A stretch of DNA of 64,000 bases from Laetmonice hystrix (lineage: Eukaryota), in contig OZ249436.1 in the NCBI GenBank assembly GCA_965235115.1, positions 11,596,001 to 11,660,000 on the forward strand. The letters are read 5' to 3'. Of the stretch, positions 13,437-26,955 are shown piece by piece. The translations under genes were made by a program, and so were the position numbers. The notes beneath the pieces are model-generated. The model was not told the origin of the DNA, did not search any database, and saw only the letters and a program-made list of their open reading frames with translations. How positions within the stretch are numbered: the first letter of the stretch is position 1; each line of letters starts with the position of its first letter.

Positions 13437-15959
13437 CGTGAGGGTTAGTGCATGAAACACGGAGACAGTGCTCACAACTCAATTAAGGAGATTTTTTTAG
13501 CTTGTTAATAACATAATTTACTTTAATTAGATTTGAACAGATAGTACGGAAATGGAAATCCTATCATTTTTTTAATTGCGCCACATCTTCATCTTCAACA
13601 AATTGCAATGTCCCTCAACATCTAAAACGACAAAATTATTTGCCTGTAGAATCTTCCAATAGTAACGATTTCCAATTTTCCTACTCCACCTGCCCTTTTT
13701 ATGTACGAAGTAGAAATAGACCTTGTTAGAAATATTTACAACCGACTAATCAGTCCAGGTGTTGACCCAGTAATTAAGCTGCTGCTCATCCATACAAGGG
13801 GCTGGTATTGTACACGGAGCAGACAGCGCAGTTTTCCGCGCCACCACCTACACAAAGATTTTACATGCGTTACATACTGCCAGCAAGTCGGCCCCAATCT
13901 GTTAACAACTACTACAGACATACATGCAGTTGTAACAGTATGCTGAGAGAATGCTTCCAATCTACACTCGTTAAACCTTTTAATAGAAGCCTTCATGCCT
14001 GAAATTAGACTACTGGCTCAACGAACACAATTTGACACGGACAAGAAAAAACTGCTCCAAGTGTTGTTGGTTGATATTTTTAGCGAAAACTTTCAGCTCA
14101 ACAAATTTTTTTGAAATTTCTTTACCCTTTCTACGGTGAAACAACGATGATATAAAAATACAATTACTTTTCAAAATGTGACGTATACTTGGTATTTATT
14201 ATTTTAATTATCAGCATTGGCAAATTTATTTATGTTACGATGGTGGCATGCTAAAGTGAAAAGGTAAACAGTTACCTGAAAAATACAAACAAACATTACG
14301 CGTTTTTCGTTAGTCACCCACTGGTGCCGCTATAGAAATATTTAATAGCCTGCTGGTGACGGGCACGGTAAACTGCAGTCTCCAAAACTAATAATAACAT
14401 TTTCCTCATTCACAAAGCTACCCAACTGAATGAGAAATGTGTTCCTTCATAAAGTAATGCAGTGACTTTCGTTGAACTTCATCTATTTTGATATTTACCT
14501 GCAGGGTGTTGGTACAAACACTTGCCAAGTGTAAACACATTTAAACCTGTCAACTATGACTGATGACAAAATTACAGACAACACCTAAATATTGTCAGCA
14601 CACAGAAACATGGTACTTCATCCAATTTCCATTTCTTATCATTATATAAGATCGACTTTAAACCTGTGAGACTTATCTGTTTCCTTTTGGAACTGGACCC
14701 GCGCCCCTTAACTATCTGTTCACAACCTTAGCCCAATTAGCCTGCCAGTCCAAAATTTGATGAATACATTGATAAACTTCCAATGCTTCATTAGAAAAAA
14801 GGAAGAAGGCGAAAAAGTACAACACGTCAGAAACGGAAGAAGACTACAGATGAGACTGAAGAATAGAGCAAACAATTTATCCTCCTCATAAAAATAAGAT
14901 TTAAAAACAAGTAATGGCAAGCATACATTGAAAAAGGAGGGGTCAACGTTCGCTCTTTCCAAGGCCCTGGAGAAAGAAACCGTTACGTTTGATGCCTAAA
15001 AAAACCTGACTCCAGACATCCATGTCTAAACTGTTTTGTCCTTTGTCAATTCAGCATTCTTCGGATTGTGAGCGTGGCGAGATGAGTTGACGTAATAACA
15101 GGGTGAGACTGCAGGCCCGAGGCGTGTTGTAAGCTAGAGCACCATCGCTAAGAGGAATAAAAAGCCGCTCTGCCAAGATGACACCACGCTGATGACACAA
15201 CAATAAACCCTACTAACAGAGTGAACAGAAAGTCTACACATTCTCTGTCAAGACAAGTTGTTGACACCCTCTCCAGTTAACCTCATGTAACTTTGAACCA
15301 TCATAATCTGTGAGAAACTCATCAGTGATCAAAGGATGAATTCTCGATCATGTAATCACTGTATGCAGGGCCTACACTGGTCGTAGAAATCACATGTACA
15401 CTAATTTAACCGAAAGGTCATAATTTCTTGATTTCAAAACAAAGTCCCCTAAAATAAGCACTTAATTTTGGGTATTTGTGTTTTTGCTTTTTTTCATAAT
15501 GTACCTTCTTACGGAGGAAATATGTTAAATCAATTTTCATACAATAAAAAATACAGCTAAAATTCTTAGCGAATATGGACACGGTTGGTTAAAGCTGACA
15601 ACGCGGTGTTTTGTGTTGTAACTTCAGCTATGAAAGTTTATCAGCTACCATTCCCGACATTCTAATTTGCCAGCATCCACAGACAGATCCATTTCCCTTC
15701 GATACAGGTAATCATCAGTATCTTGCCTCACAACGTACAAAAACATCAAAGACACATCGAGCTTTATCATCTGTTTCTTTTGATCACTTTCTCCCCTAGG
15801 TTTAGAGTCTACGCCATGTCTGTATCGTGTACCAGGGAGTGCCTATATCTCGGTATCTCAGCACTGACATGTCTTGACATTATCTGTCACATGGCCACAG
15901 CCCTAATTATGCCCATCAGCCATTTACAGAAGCGTGGGCATTAACAGGCAGACTTAAAG

Positions 15960-16260
15960 GGTGACCTCAGGTGGGGGCATTTTTCTGGTTCATTTTACGC
16001 TCTGGTATGCGGTCTCCATGGTTATCGGACTGCGATCAGGACGATTTTTACATCCAGCCACGATAGCACTTTCATCTTGGAATCCGTTTTTCTATGAGTA
16101 AGGACTTCTGAACACTGCACTCATTCAATACTTCCTTCAGTGTTGGATGATATTCGTCCCGTTGTATCCTTCCAACGTCCGACGATCCATCATGACCATT
16201 CTACTGTGTACTCTCCCTTCTCAGGCAATTTTCTTCAGCTTCTCTTGACCTTTGTCGCTA
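15960..16260 (-). pseudogene. Possible decayed RTE-clade LINE fragment
   Basis: Frameshifted minus-strand translation RRTL..RIQRDEYHPTLKEVLNECSVQKSLL resembles the RTE post-RT motif RRMLRIxWxxxxTNEEVLxxxxxxRSLL. Confidence 0.3.
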
Positions 16261-17369
16261 GGCAAAAGGAGGGGCTAGTGACAGGCGTGTCAACTATTAT
16301 TACTCTTACATGTGGATTACTGACCTCAGAAAACATTCGCATTAACTTAAAACTACTGCCTGATCAACAGCAACTATTCTGAACAAAATTTCACGCAATA
16401 TGTATATCACATTACAATATGTGTATCACATAATACATTACAGAGAAAAACAAAAAGCTGCCTGACCACCCTCTTGTTATCTTGGAGAAATCGCTTTCAA
16501 GTAACTTTACTAAAGCAATCAACTAAGCTTGGGATATGTACTAAGTCCCCGAGGGCAAACAAAGGAAGAAAGCTGGGTCTGAACAGATCCATAGTATGTG
16601 ACCTCATAAATCATACGTTTATGATCTACGAAAGGTGACGTGTTTTTGTACAAAGAATTTAACGAAATTGAAAAGGCAATGCTAGCTTACACTTACAACT
16701 ATTTGGCGCACTTCCACAGAAACACACACATACATTTTTCTACGTTCATTTGAATCTTCATAAAGAAAGGCAAATGTCAATTTGTGGACAGAGCCGATAC
16801 CTAAGTTTGTTAATTTATGCTGCGATGAGGGATATGTTATAAAGTAATTCTTTTACCTTCCTAAGCCAAGCGCTTTCCATTTTAGCCCTCTTTAATTTGT
16901 TGAAACAAAAAGAAGAAAGAAGTAGGTTGTTGTAAGGTTATACCATATATGCGACCCTGGACGACAAATGCCAGTCCGTAAGATACACAATTACATGGGG
17001 GCCTTACATGATTTACAACGGTTATTTTTTTACTTTTCGAAATTCTCAGGGTTTTTTTCAGCTGAACGCTCTGAAGCCTTGATTCATAAACTGCAATTAA
17101 AAGCTCAGTGTACGAAAAGTCTGTTTCAGCCTCCTACTTTCCTATAATAAGACTGCCGGTAGTTAATTTACCGGGGGCCATGTATTTAGTTTTTTTTACA
17201 ACTTTCCTACTCTTTACTAAAAGAAAACAATCGTGTCAAGAAAGTTTCAGTGGGCTTTTGATCAAATGTGTTTACATCCAAGCATAACTAACAATACCAT
17301 AGCAAGTTTAAAAAGCTATGAGCTGTCACACTGGGTACAATGGAAGGACGCATTCCTGCATGGATACAC

Positions 17370-17850
17370 CTTTTCCATGAGTGTTTGGTTGATGAAGTAG
17401 TGTCCAACAGGCAAATGCTGAAACGGGTGACCCGAAAGCAGTCAGGTGAAATCAGCACATACAACCAAGCATGAAGGACCCTCGGCCAAGACATCATCCA
17501 TCACGTTAACCCCCTGGCAGTATGGAAACATTGCCACATCACCTGTCTCTGCTCACCAAGTTCAATTTTTCTGCTCTCCCCTCCAAAAAAAAGTTACCCT
17601 GGACTTCACAGAATTGGCCACTTTAATATGAACGTCTTCTTGCAACGATCCATGCATTAGTTTGGTCACACTGGACGACAGAAATCTTCACTACCGGGAC
17701 AAAAAGGGGCGGTTGCCTCCAATCATAGAACTGTCAAGATGCAGGATAGCGAGGTTCAGAGGAGGTGCAAAAATTCTTTTGATGGCCAACAGCTTTTCTC
17801 TAAGTTATTGAGTCGGGCACATTGGATGCGACGTAGGTAAAGATTCGCTC
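17370..17850 (+). pseudogene. Possible decayed DIRS-type reverse transcriptase fragment
   Basis: Across frameshifts and in order: LVDEVVS, HHVNPLAV, KKVTLDF, NVFL, IEL-QDA, HWMRRR. These resemble DIRS RT motifs FVDEAV, VVNPLSV, KKRLILDL, IDLKDAY and KHWRxxG. Confidence 0.4.
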
Positions 17851-20442
17851 TGAATAACTCACAGTCAGCAGTCAACACCAAGTGATATTTTTCCTCGTCA
17901 TCATCTAAGGACAACTGACTCTTGGAATGCAAGTCTTTCAGCATCAACTGGAGTGAACAACTACAAGCAACATTTCTTTGATTGTTATTACACTGAAAAC
18001 TTAAACCTCATGATTTAGTATGTTTAACATAAAGCGATGGTTCTCTCCTGCTGTTGACTTCTCGTTGTTTTTTTGTTTTTTTTGATAATACGTACTCCCA
18101 AAAAGACGGAGGAATACCAAGTCTGTTTTCGAGACTTTTTTCTTTGCAATGTCAGTTGAATCCATCAGTTTGTGTGAGTGGGGGAAACATTGTCTCAAGC
18201 GGAAAAATGTACAATCTAAAGAGTCTCCCTATACATTTAAAGTGAGAACGTTTATATTTAACTGATACTCCTGCAAGTCGATACGTTCTTTAAAACCAGG
18301 CGCAGGATTTACAGGTCTGCTGTTCCCAGACATGAAAAGATGAATTCATAAATTCATGAATTAATTATGTGAACAGCTCTGCTCGAAGCTACACAAGTGT
18401 TCCCGAGATTGCTAAATATTCTTCACTATTAATGTATGCAAGCAACAGTCATTTAGAGTGGAGACCCTCTGTTCCTATCCTAGCGTAAGACAGCATAGCC
18501 CATCAATCTGCCTCTCTTCACGTCAATTATTACTAATAAAAGAAAACTTGAAAGAATACATGGTCTATACGGGAACTGGCCTTAAACGGACCGTGCAAAC
18601 CTGGCACTTACTTTACTTGAATTCCATAGGTCGTGTGAAATTACGGTTATACAATAAATTGGCTCCGAAAAAAGAACAAATAGCGGGCAAATGATGTAAG
18701 TGTCAGTGCTGGGGCAATCAGACCATGCATGGACATATTTTCGATTCAGTATAATATACATAAAAAAACCATGAACCTACTTCAGTAAGTAGAGCCAATG
18801 AGAAGTGGCACATAAACTCCCACCTTACTTGTAATCATCTGAAGAGAAGAACGCTTGGCCACTGGGCAATAATTTCACTGCACTGAAAGTTTCACGTTTC
18901 GTCTGTCTCAAATTTCGAAAAAATTGTAATTTACTCGTATCTTTTCATCCGGCAAAGATTTACCTTATCTAGAAGGTGTTTCGCGTGCCTAATCCACCCG
19001 TGTGTCGTTATGCAGAAAAACGTTTTTCCTTTGGCTTTTTGTCAAGTTGCAAGATTGCTTGCAATAGCCATATAAGTCAGCAGCCAAGTAAGTGACCGTC
19101 GTTACTTTAATCATGATGGAATCTTGTTCAACAGCTCCTGGTTTCCAATCGAACAGGTCTTGATAACATGTTTGAATGATTTACTATTCACGTATAAGAA
19201 AAAATAAATAAAAAAACCGTATTAAAGTAACAGCTTACATAAATATACACAAATATTTCAAAGCACAGTAGCTTTGATTTTTCTAATGCTTTCATGTTTC
19301 CGTTAACGTGACGGAAAACCAGCCAAATCGGTATTGTATTTATTGTATGATACTTGAAGTCTTTAAGTCCTGGTTGTTGTTTGTTATCAGCGATGATACA
19401 ACTTTTGTATTTTGATATTTCAATACGTTCTGTACATTAACCTGTTTAACCTTCCCTTTAATATTTAACAGCTGTGGCTGTTTAAGAGTTAAACTCCTAC
19501 TTGCTGTTTTCAGAAGTTACAAATTCATTTTAAATTTGTCATCAAAATTTAAACATCTTACATAAAGATCTATATCACATAGGCCTACCCTTGGTGAAGG
19601 TTGTAGCGTTGATATCTTATGACTACTGTACTATAGTGTCATATTAAATCAACTTGCATGCATGTATGGTAGTTTTGCAGAAAACCCCGCGATTTTTCTT
19701 TACCACGTAGGTCTACAGTAAATCAATTAGGACTACCGATTTCACACATTCACAGACACTTGATTTTCTGACTGATGTCTGGTATTTATGATGGTCATAA
19801 AAATCACCGTTCATACAATGCTGAACCTCACCCTGTCTAAAAAAATTAGGTCTAACTTGTCTTGTTACACGGTTTTTTTTTGTGCGTGTGTGTGTGTGTC
19901 ACTGGACACCTTCACTAACTGTAGCGACATGGGGTCCTTTACTCAACTCCACGTCTGTCGGGAGTGATCCTTACCTGGTAGAAATATACACACATAATAA
20001 AAGTGAAGATATGGGACAACATATTTTGATTCGGGGGGGGGGGAGGGGCATAAGGTAATAGAGATAAAATAATAATAGGCATTACTTGAAAACGGCGTTA
20101 AAAAAACACAAAGTTTCCACGTAACATTTCTGCACCCAAAATACGAATCTAACGATTCATTTGTGGCCGTCTGAGAATTCACATATCCGTTTTTCTCCAT
20201 CCATGGTTTGCTAACGACATGTGACAAGCACCTGACCACGCTGATATTTATAACCAATTTGGAGTCGGTCTCGAGTCATAAATGTTGACATCTGACCTGT
20301 GAGTAAAAGACACAATAGCAACGACTGAGTGTGCCTACTCGGCGATCATGACGCTGTCATTGGATGAGACCCCGGTGAGCACCTAACCTCTGATCATACT
20401 TATAAAATAGCCATAACAATATTATCATGGACAGTACAGGAA

Positions 20443-20530
20443 GACGAACGAACGCAGCAACGAACGAAGAAACGAAAGGAAGGAACGAAAGGAAAGAACA
20501 AAGAAGGAACGAAAGAAGGAAGGAAGGAAG
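20443..20530 (+). repeat. Compound (AACG)/(AAGG) purine microsatellite
   Basis: gacgaacgaacg...aaggaaggaaggaagg, about 70 bp 3' of exon 3. Confidence 0.9.
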
Positions 20531-20601
20531 GGCCACCTTGTTGAGTAGTTGGAGCAGGTGGAGGAAGATGTGCAGCAGAAGGAGAGAAGTTTGGTTCTTA
20601 C

Positions 20602-20817
20602 TGTTTGATAGTGGGGTTTCTGAACGACTCATGGAGACCGACTGCCGCCGCCAGGTGAGCGCTGCTCCAGCCCTCGTGTTGGCGGAGTGCCGTACACAAT
20701 TCCTGCAGAGTGTCGCGGTTCACGGCCCGGCTACAGCTCATGTAGACCGGCGACAGGTGGCAACTGTAGCCGGAGAAAGTCGTCATCGCCTCCGTGTCAG
20801 ACAACACTCGAAACAGG
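20602..20817 (-). CDS. PLA2G6: PLA2G6 coding exon 3 (LFRVLSDTEAMTTF...LRQHEGWSSAHLAAAVGLHESFRNPTIK-Q)
   Basis: Acceptor tatttcgcCAG, donor CA|GTAAGA; 216 nt. HxxWSxAHLA motif matches recalled human IRNHPSWSVAHLAVELG. Confidence 0.93.
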
Positions 20818-21598
20818 CTGGCGAAATATAAAAAAAGTACACAGGTTGAATGAAAACTTCATCATATTCTCACGGTTACTGACATTGTAACAACGTGGTC
20901 AAATGTAAACGTAGAAAAAATGTACACGATGAAAACTCCTGAAAGCGAGAACGTTCAAGTACAGTGATGCGACTGAATGCTTAGTGGTATATCAGATACA
21001 ACTAAATGTATACATTTTCTGCCAAGACTGCTGTGGGTGAAACATACACCTTTTCATTTCAATTGTCAAGCTTTATGTTCGACATGCTTCTCTTGACCTC
21101 TTCAAGTAGCACTATCCGGTTTCAGCATAGAAACCATTGGGGTACGGTTTGATGTGCGAATCATCAGTTCTGGTGAAGACCCTCCTAGGTGGGGTTTACT
21201 CACGGCGAAACACAAACTCCCACCCCCCTAGTTTCCCAACACAAATCGGTAACGTCCCTCCCTCAAAGAAATTTCTGGCTGTATCTTATTAAAATAACCC
21301 CACCTCCAAAGCCTGTAGACTACCTCCAGAAAGAAAGAAACCTCCAGGAAACCCTGCTAACTGTGAGACCCATTATATCTTTTCTCCTTTCTTTAAAAAT
21401 TATGATGTACATAGGATCCATTGATATGAAATTGTTCAATCCTTTCTCTTCTTATAATATTCTCTAAAATTGAAATGTACGTAGAATTTACTGAATGCTG
21501 AATCATACTAATGAAGACTTCCATGTTGACATGTCAAGAGTTCAGACGACAATTTCATAATAAGTATATAATTAAATCGGCTCCACCTACTGGGGCCG

Positions 21599-21682
21599 GG
21601 CCAGTGCATGACTCTCCGTTCGTTAATTTTCCCATGTATTTTCAATGAGAATTTTAACGAACGGACAGTCATGCAACTGACC
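21599..21682. mobile_element. ~85-bp palindromic mini-MITE (PIF/Harbinger-like GGCC ends), copy 1
   Basis: ggccagtgcatgactctccgttcgttaa...ttaacgaacggacagtcatgcaactgacc; an inverted near-copy lies at 23301-23385. Confidence 0.8.
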
Positions 21683-23061
21683 TTATAATTGGCCGCAAAA
21701 CAAGATGGTGTTGACAACTACTCAAATCCCACATTTTTAGACACTATTACCATTATATCAGGTAGCTCAAAATCTGACTCCACCCAGAAATAAACACCAG
21801 TGACTTCTGCCCGTTTTCTGACGTGGCCGTCTTTGCGGTACATTACACATGATGGTTGTCATTATGGTGGCTGTCATGGTAGGAGACCATGAACAGTTAG
21901 TTCCCTGAATGGTTGAAACCATACATCCATCCAGGCATTACTCTAAGTGGCCATCTCTGGAGACATATTACAGTCTGCATGGCAAGGAGAGCCGGTGGCG
22001 CCGCCTCCCCCCAACATGTATACTTATGTTACCTCGGACAGTTTACGTCATTATATCCTTCGGCACATTAACCCTTTACGGATGAGGTACAACTGCATTC
22101 TGTGTCAAGAAAACGCATCCAACTAAAGGTTATTTGTGGACACAGCAGATATATATTATCATGACACAGGAATTTTTCTGAACTTCACGTCCCTCCTCTA
22201 TACGTTTATGTGCAATCTGGCATGACCTTCTGCACCCAACGTTCTCCGCCACTGACACATGCTTAATATTCGTCAACAAGATGAGGATGGTTTCTCGTGT
22301 CCTGAAACCAGGGCAAGTGTTCAGTACTGCTCACGGCGAGGTCCGTGCCTCTATGACAACATGAGAAAACGCTGGTCCTGGCGGAAAGTACCTGCGCTGA
22401 GTTTGACCGCCTAAAGTGAGAAACTGCTTGCAACTGGCGAGTTAAACAAAGCGTCCCCGTTGATATTTATTCCCCATGGCGAGTTAATGGTGCTCATTGA
22501 AAACCATACATCAACAACCAGCAATCGGGACATACACCTGCACATTTGTGACCCCCTCCCTTGTTCAAAATTATGGCACATGGACCCATTAAATATATTA
22601 GTAATTAATTGGCATTGGCAAGACCCCATGGGAAAACATCATCATTTAGACTTTCTTGTGTATCTGGGCCATATGCTGTTAGAATATTACCAAAGTATAG
22701 ATCTGCACAAAAATAAATATAAAGTTTGGGTTTGGTGTTTCAGTCCGTTATGAAAGTTATTTAAGTCTATGAAAGTTCGTTATTATAATGTTTATTCTAA
22801 ATACTATAAGAAACTCTCCATCTGCGTCCAACTTCAGCATTTAATACGGTGTTCCTTTTTTTCAAACCATATACTAACTTTGCCATATAATTTTGGCAGT
22901 ATTTCTATGTCACGACGTGGTTTATTTTATATGGATAGAGTGCGGCTGGACAACGCCCTAATGTCTCCGCGGGATTTCAGCTGTATGAGGGCGAGAATTT
23001 TGAACTAACTCAGTCCGTGAAATATTTTGGGTGATAATCATGAGATGATCGGTGGGTGGGT

Positions 23062-23280
23062 ATTTTTATTTGGGGTTTTACGCCTTGCAACAGCCAGGGT
23101 CATATCACGGCGGTGAAGATGATGATGATGATGAAAGTCAGTTTTTCTTGGTGGAGGAAACCGGAGTGCCCGGAGGAAACCACCGACCTTCGGGAAGGAA
23201 CTGACTGACAAACCTTTCACACATGCAGCCCTGGCCGGGGATCGAACCCGGACCGCAGCGGTGTGAGGCGATGGTTCTAG
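23062..23280 (-). mobile_element. tRNA-derived SINE with V-domain-like core
   Basis: Minus strand: B-box GGGTTCGATCC (core 23247-23239), core GGTTTCCTCCGGGCACTCCGGTTTCCTCCAC (23184-23150), (CAT)n, A-rich tail. No A-box evident. Confidence 0.8.
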
Positions 23281-23300
23281 GTGTGCAAAACTATGCCAGA

Positions 23301-23385
23301 GGCCAGTTGCATGACTGTCCGTTCGTTAAAATTCTCATTGAAAATACATGGGGAAATTAACGAACGGGCAGTCATGCAACTGGCC
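23301..23385. mobile_element. ~85-bp palindromic mini-MITE, copy 2
   Basis: TIRs ggccagttgcatgactgtccgttcgttaa / ttaacgaacgggcagtcatgcaactggcc. Confidence 0.85.
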
Positions 23386-23626
23386 CAAGGCACGGATCCA
23401 GGGTTTCACCCCCCCCCCCCCCCCCCCCCCAAAGAAAACGACGAAGGCCCGCCCGCATTTATAGTTGGTGATGGGGTCCTCGGAAAATTTGGTAAAAAAA
23501 CAAGTGTTATATGCTGGATTTCTTCGGAAGTGAGAAAAAATTGGTATCTTTATTCTGGCGAAAATTTATCATTTATCAAAAAAGGGGGCGCGCGCCCCTG
23601 CGTCCCACCCCCTTGATCCACGCCTG
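23386..23626. mobile_element. hAT-like MITE
   Basis: Ends ggcacggatccaggg / ccccttgatccacgcctg, with internal poly-C and poly-G tracts. Confidence 0.65.
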
Positions 23627-24411
23627 TATGCAGGAAAGTCCGGCGAAACCGTGGCTCGAACTCAAAACCTCAAAGATTCCGCGATCTAACAACTGCACCA
23701 CTGGCCAGTATTACACGTCAGATTGTGGACGAAGGTATAAAACACGAAACAACATGCTGCCCTCGTTATCTCGGATGACGAGAACGACTAGAAAAACATG
23801 TGACATAATATATCTACTGACTAAGTTAGGCCGTGTTCACATTGGAGGCTTGTTCCGACGCCTACCCGCTGTTTCGGGTGGCCACCTGTATATGAACGCA
23901 ATCATCCGACATAACTTACGTCGCGAAAGCCCCCGAGTTACATCGGGTAAATTGGGAGCATGGCTATGTCGGTAGACTACTTACGTCGGGTAACTTCAAT
24001 CTGAACGTTCGCTTACCGACATAGTGCACCATAGTGGTGCACTATGTGCATAGGGGCGCTGGTGCATTGATGCCGCCCTGAAAATCTGTCCACACCATTT
24101 TTTGTTAAAACGGCAGCTTGACCGTCTGCGACGCCACCTAGTGGCTGTTCTGGGGTGATTCGCTTCTCGACACGCTCTGGCTTTAGTGCGGGTAAAGCTG
24201 TATCCTCACTGGACGCGTGCGAGTGTCGACATAACGGACTTTAAAACTGCTGTCAACACGTGTTAGTGTACACACATTACTTTATTGCTATGTATCGATA
24301 CACAGCGTGGCGGAATATGCCTACAATCACGGTATTAACACATCGATAACTTGCTCTAAAAACTATATAACGGAGGAACGGTTATTTAGTTATTAGAAAT
24401 TTGCCTTGGCC

Positions 24412-24553
24412 AGGGCCCGGTTTCAGAAAGGTTAGCATGATCTTAACTTAAGCTCTGCTTAGCCTTTTAGGACCCCTGATTGGCTGGTCTGCTTGGATAG
24501 GGTCGTGGACTTTCTCCATAAACTTTTATAAACCTGAGACAGAAACTGGCCCC
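24412..24553. mobile_element. PIF/Harbinger-like MITE; a 45-bp inverted copy of its right end lies at 25222-25266
   Basis: Ends ggcccggtttc...gaaactggccc. ggactttctccataaacttttataaacctgagacagaaactggcc recurs as its reverse complement at 25222-25266. Confidence 0.65.
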
Positions 24554-26671
24554 CAACACCTGTTTCTATTACCTCCAATGGCTAAAGTGTTGATATCGTT
24601 TAAATTAAATGGAAAAAAAAAAGACTAGAGCCACCCCATACGCCCACATCTACCCCCAACCCCATTTCACTCTTTTCTGCCCAGAATACTTCATCCGGAC
24701 TTCAGACGATTCAGCATCAAACATCCTGCTCGCTTCTTAAGAAATAAAAAATAAATCAATTTGAATGCAGTGTAATCGACATTTGGCCTTCAAAATGAAT
24801 CGTTGCCAAGTACCCTTCACCCAAAGTCTCCGCTGTAGAACATTTCTTGCACAACTTTTGTCTTGCCCAACTTTAATTTTTGCAACCGTCCCTTTGAGGG
24901 GTCATTTTAAAAACATGATTTGCATTTTAGCAGCCATATCGTATAGCACAATGAAGTGAGGACTATAGACATGATCTATAGTAACCATTAGAAAGCGAAA
25001 CCCCAGGGGGACGAGATTTGGAAGGCCAAGGTCTGGTCCGTACCGAGCCGGCTACCAGATGAGGGTCGATGCTGACGACAGGTGTACAATGACCTGCTTG
25101 GGGCTGACATGACGAATCGGGTTCTCCCTTTGACACGTCAGGTATTCTTAGTCACCTTTTTCAATGATTCTCCACTTACATACAGGAAAGGCTGAGTGGC
25201 GCTTAACCCCTTTTTATTTTTGGTCAGTTTCTGTCTCAGGTTTATAAAAGTTTATGGAGAAAGTCCTCTCCAAGCAGACTACGCACTGGAATGACATCAT
25301 GGAATCGCTGACTTTTTCATTTACAGGAAGCTTCTGCTGTCGAGACAGCGAAATTTTTCGGTTAGTCATGAAAAATCCCATCCTGGTGAAAAGGCTCAGA
25401 TCTCGACACAGTGATTGATCCATAACTTAACTATGATCTTCATGGTCTGGTAGGTCTAACCGTGCAGTGTGGTGAATATTTCACCTTAGGCAAGGACTAG
25501 TACCGTCATCCGTTCCTGGTCGGCCTCTGGACCTAGCACAGCAGACATGCAGTAGATATATTTGCAGTTTCTCCATACTCCAAAATGGGACAAGAGCCTC
25601 TAATATTTTTCTACCAATCTTTACCATGCAGATAGCGGGTTTTTTTTCTGGGCGACACGGATACCTTAATTGTGCTCTACATCGAGACTGATGTAATGAA
25701 ATTCCAGAAGGCTATACATAAAAAATGACTAACACTTGTTAACCTGAATTTACTACTATAACTTACATTACTAATCATACTCAGCAATTAGATCCGGATG
25801 GTACACAACAGATAATATCAAGTTCGGACTGTAGTTAGGATATAGAGCCTATAAAGCCTGACTCGGCAGAATCGAGTATGTACAGCCGCGGGGATTGTTA
25901 CTGGCCTTGCAATCTTTCAACCTTATTATCTTCACATCTAATTACGGCTTGAGCAAAAGGAATATCCTTGAAAAGAGTGAAATCGAAGAATAAGCTATCT
26001 ATGCGTGGAACCTTGATATATTATTTGTGTCTGCAAAATGTTAGGTCACAGGCTTTGAAAAAAAAAACAAAGCTAAAACAACAACAAAAAATCCATTCCC
26101 AAAATGAGTACCAGTATGCATTCATCAGAATAAGTACCAGTATGCATTCATCAGAAAATTACGTCTTCTCTCTTTCTTACTCATCCACACACAAAAAAGA
26201 ATAAAAAGAGAGAAAAAAGCAGGGCTTTCTTTTATTTGGTTACGATTACGTCATGAAATAAAGTAATACATGCAGTACTATCAAGTTCCGACCCGACACA
26301 AATAACACAGGCCCAACGTGACAGCAACCTTTTCTCTCTAACCTTCACTTGTTTTGATTTATCTTTCCTTCACTTACCTGTAGTCATTTAAAGCAATAGA
26401 ACTTCCTCTTCTGGCACGTATACGAGACAGAACATTACCCATATATTCTCAAGTTTTTTGCTGATATTACGTAGTACACTAAGATTGTAACACTGATTCG
26501 TCGTCATCCACAAGGGGAATCTTATGGAGAAATATCAGAGCTAAAACTATCAGAATCTTCCTCCGCATATTTTCTTTCTTACCACAAAGTTGCTGGTGAC
26601 AAAAACTGATGATCGCTAAATTAGTTTGGTATTAATTGGTTGCTCTCAAAACTACGGCCTTCGGCAGTCTC

Positions 26672-26955
26672 CAGTGGAGGAACCAGGATTTCAGAAAGGG
26701 GGAGGGGGGCAACTTTTGTTGGATAATGAGTGGCCCAATGTTTTTTGGGGGGTGGTGGTCTGGGGGCCCTCCCCCGAATTTTGTTCAGGAAATTTTCAGG
26801 AACGTCGAAAACATGATTTCTGGACATGTACAGTAGAAGATCTTTCAACGAAATTCCATTATTTTTAAGCATGAAACATAGAAAATAGGCAAGAGTTTGG
26901 AAAATAGGGGGGGGGGGGGGCAGGCCGGGTGGGCCCCCTCCCCTGGATCCACCTG
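26672..26955. mobile_element. hAT-like MITE
   Basis: Ends cagtggaggaaccagg / cctggatccacctg; gtctc on both flanks. Confidence 0.7.

Noticed and set aside
15690..15722. Hammerhead ribozyme core (CTGATGA...GAA) on the minus strand
   Set aside because: It lacks the required GAAA and convincing stems; other CTGANGA hits I inspected also failed.
20427..20831. 134-aa plus-strand ORF rich in R/K/E
   Set aside because: It is made of the AAGG microsatellite plus the antisense of PLA2G6 exon 3.
23511..23975. 154-aa plus-strand ORF
   Set aside because: It spans MITE sequences, has no recognisable domain and no splice support.
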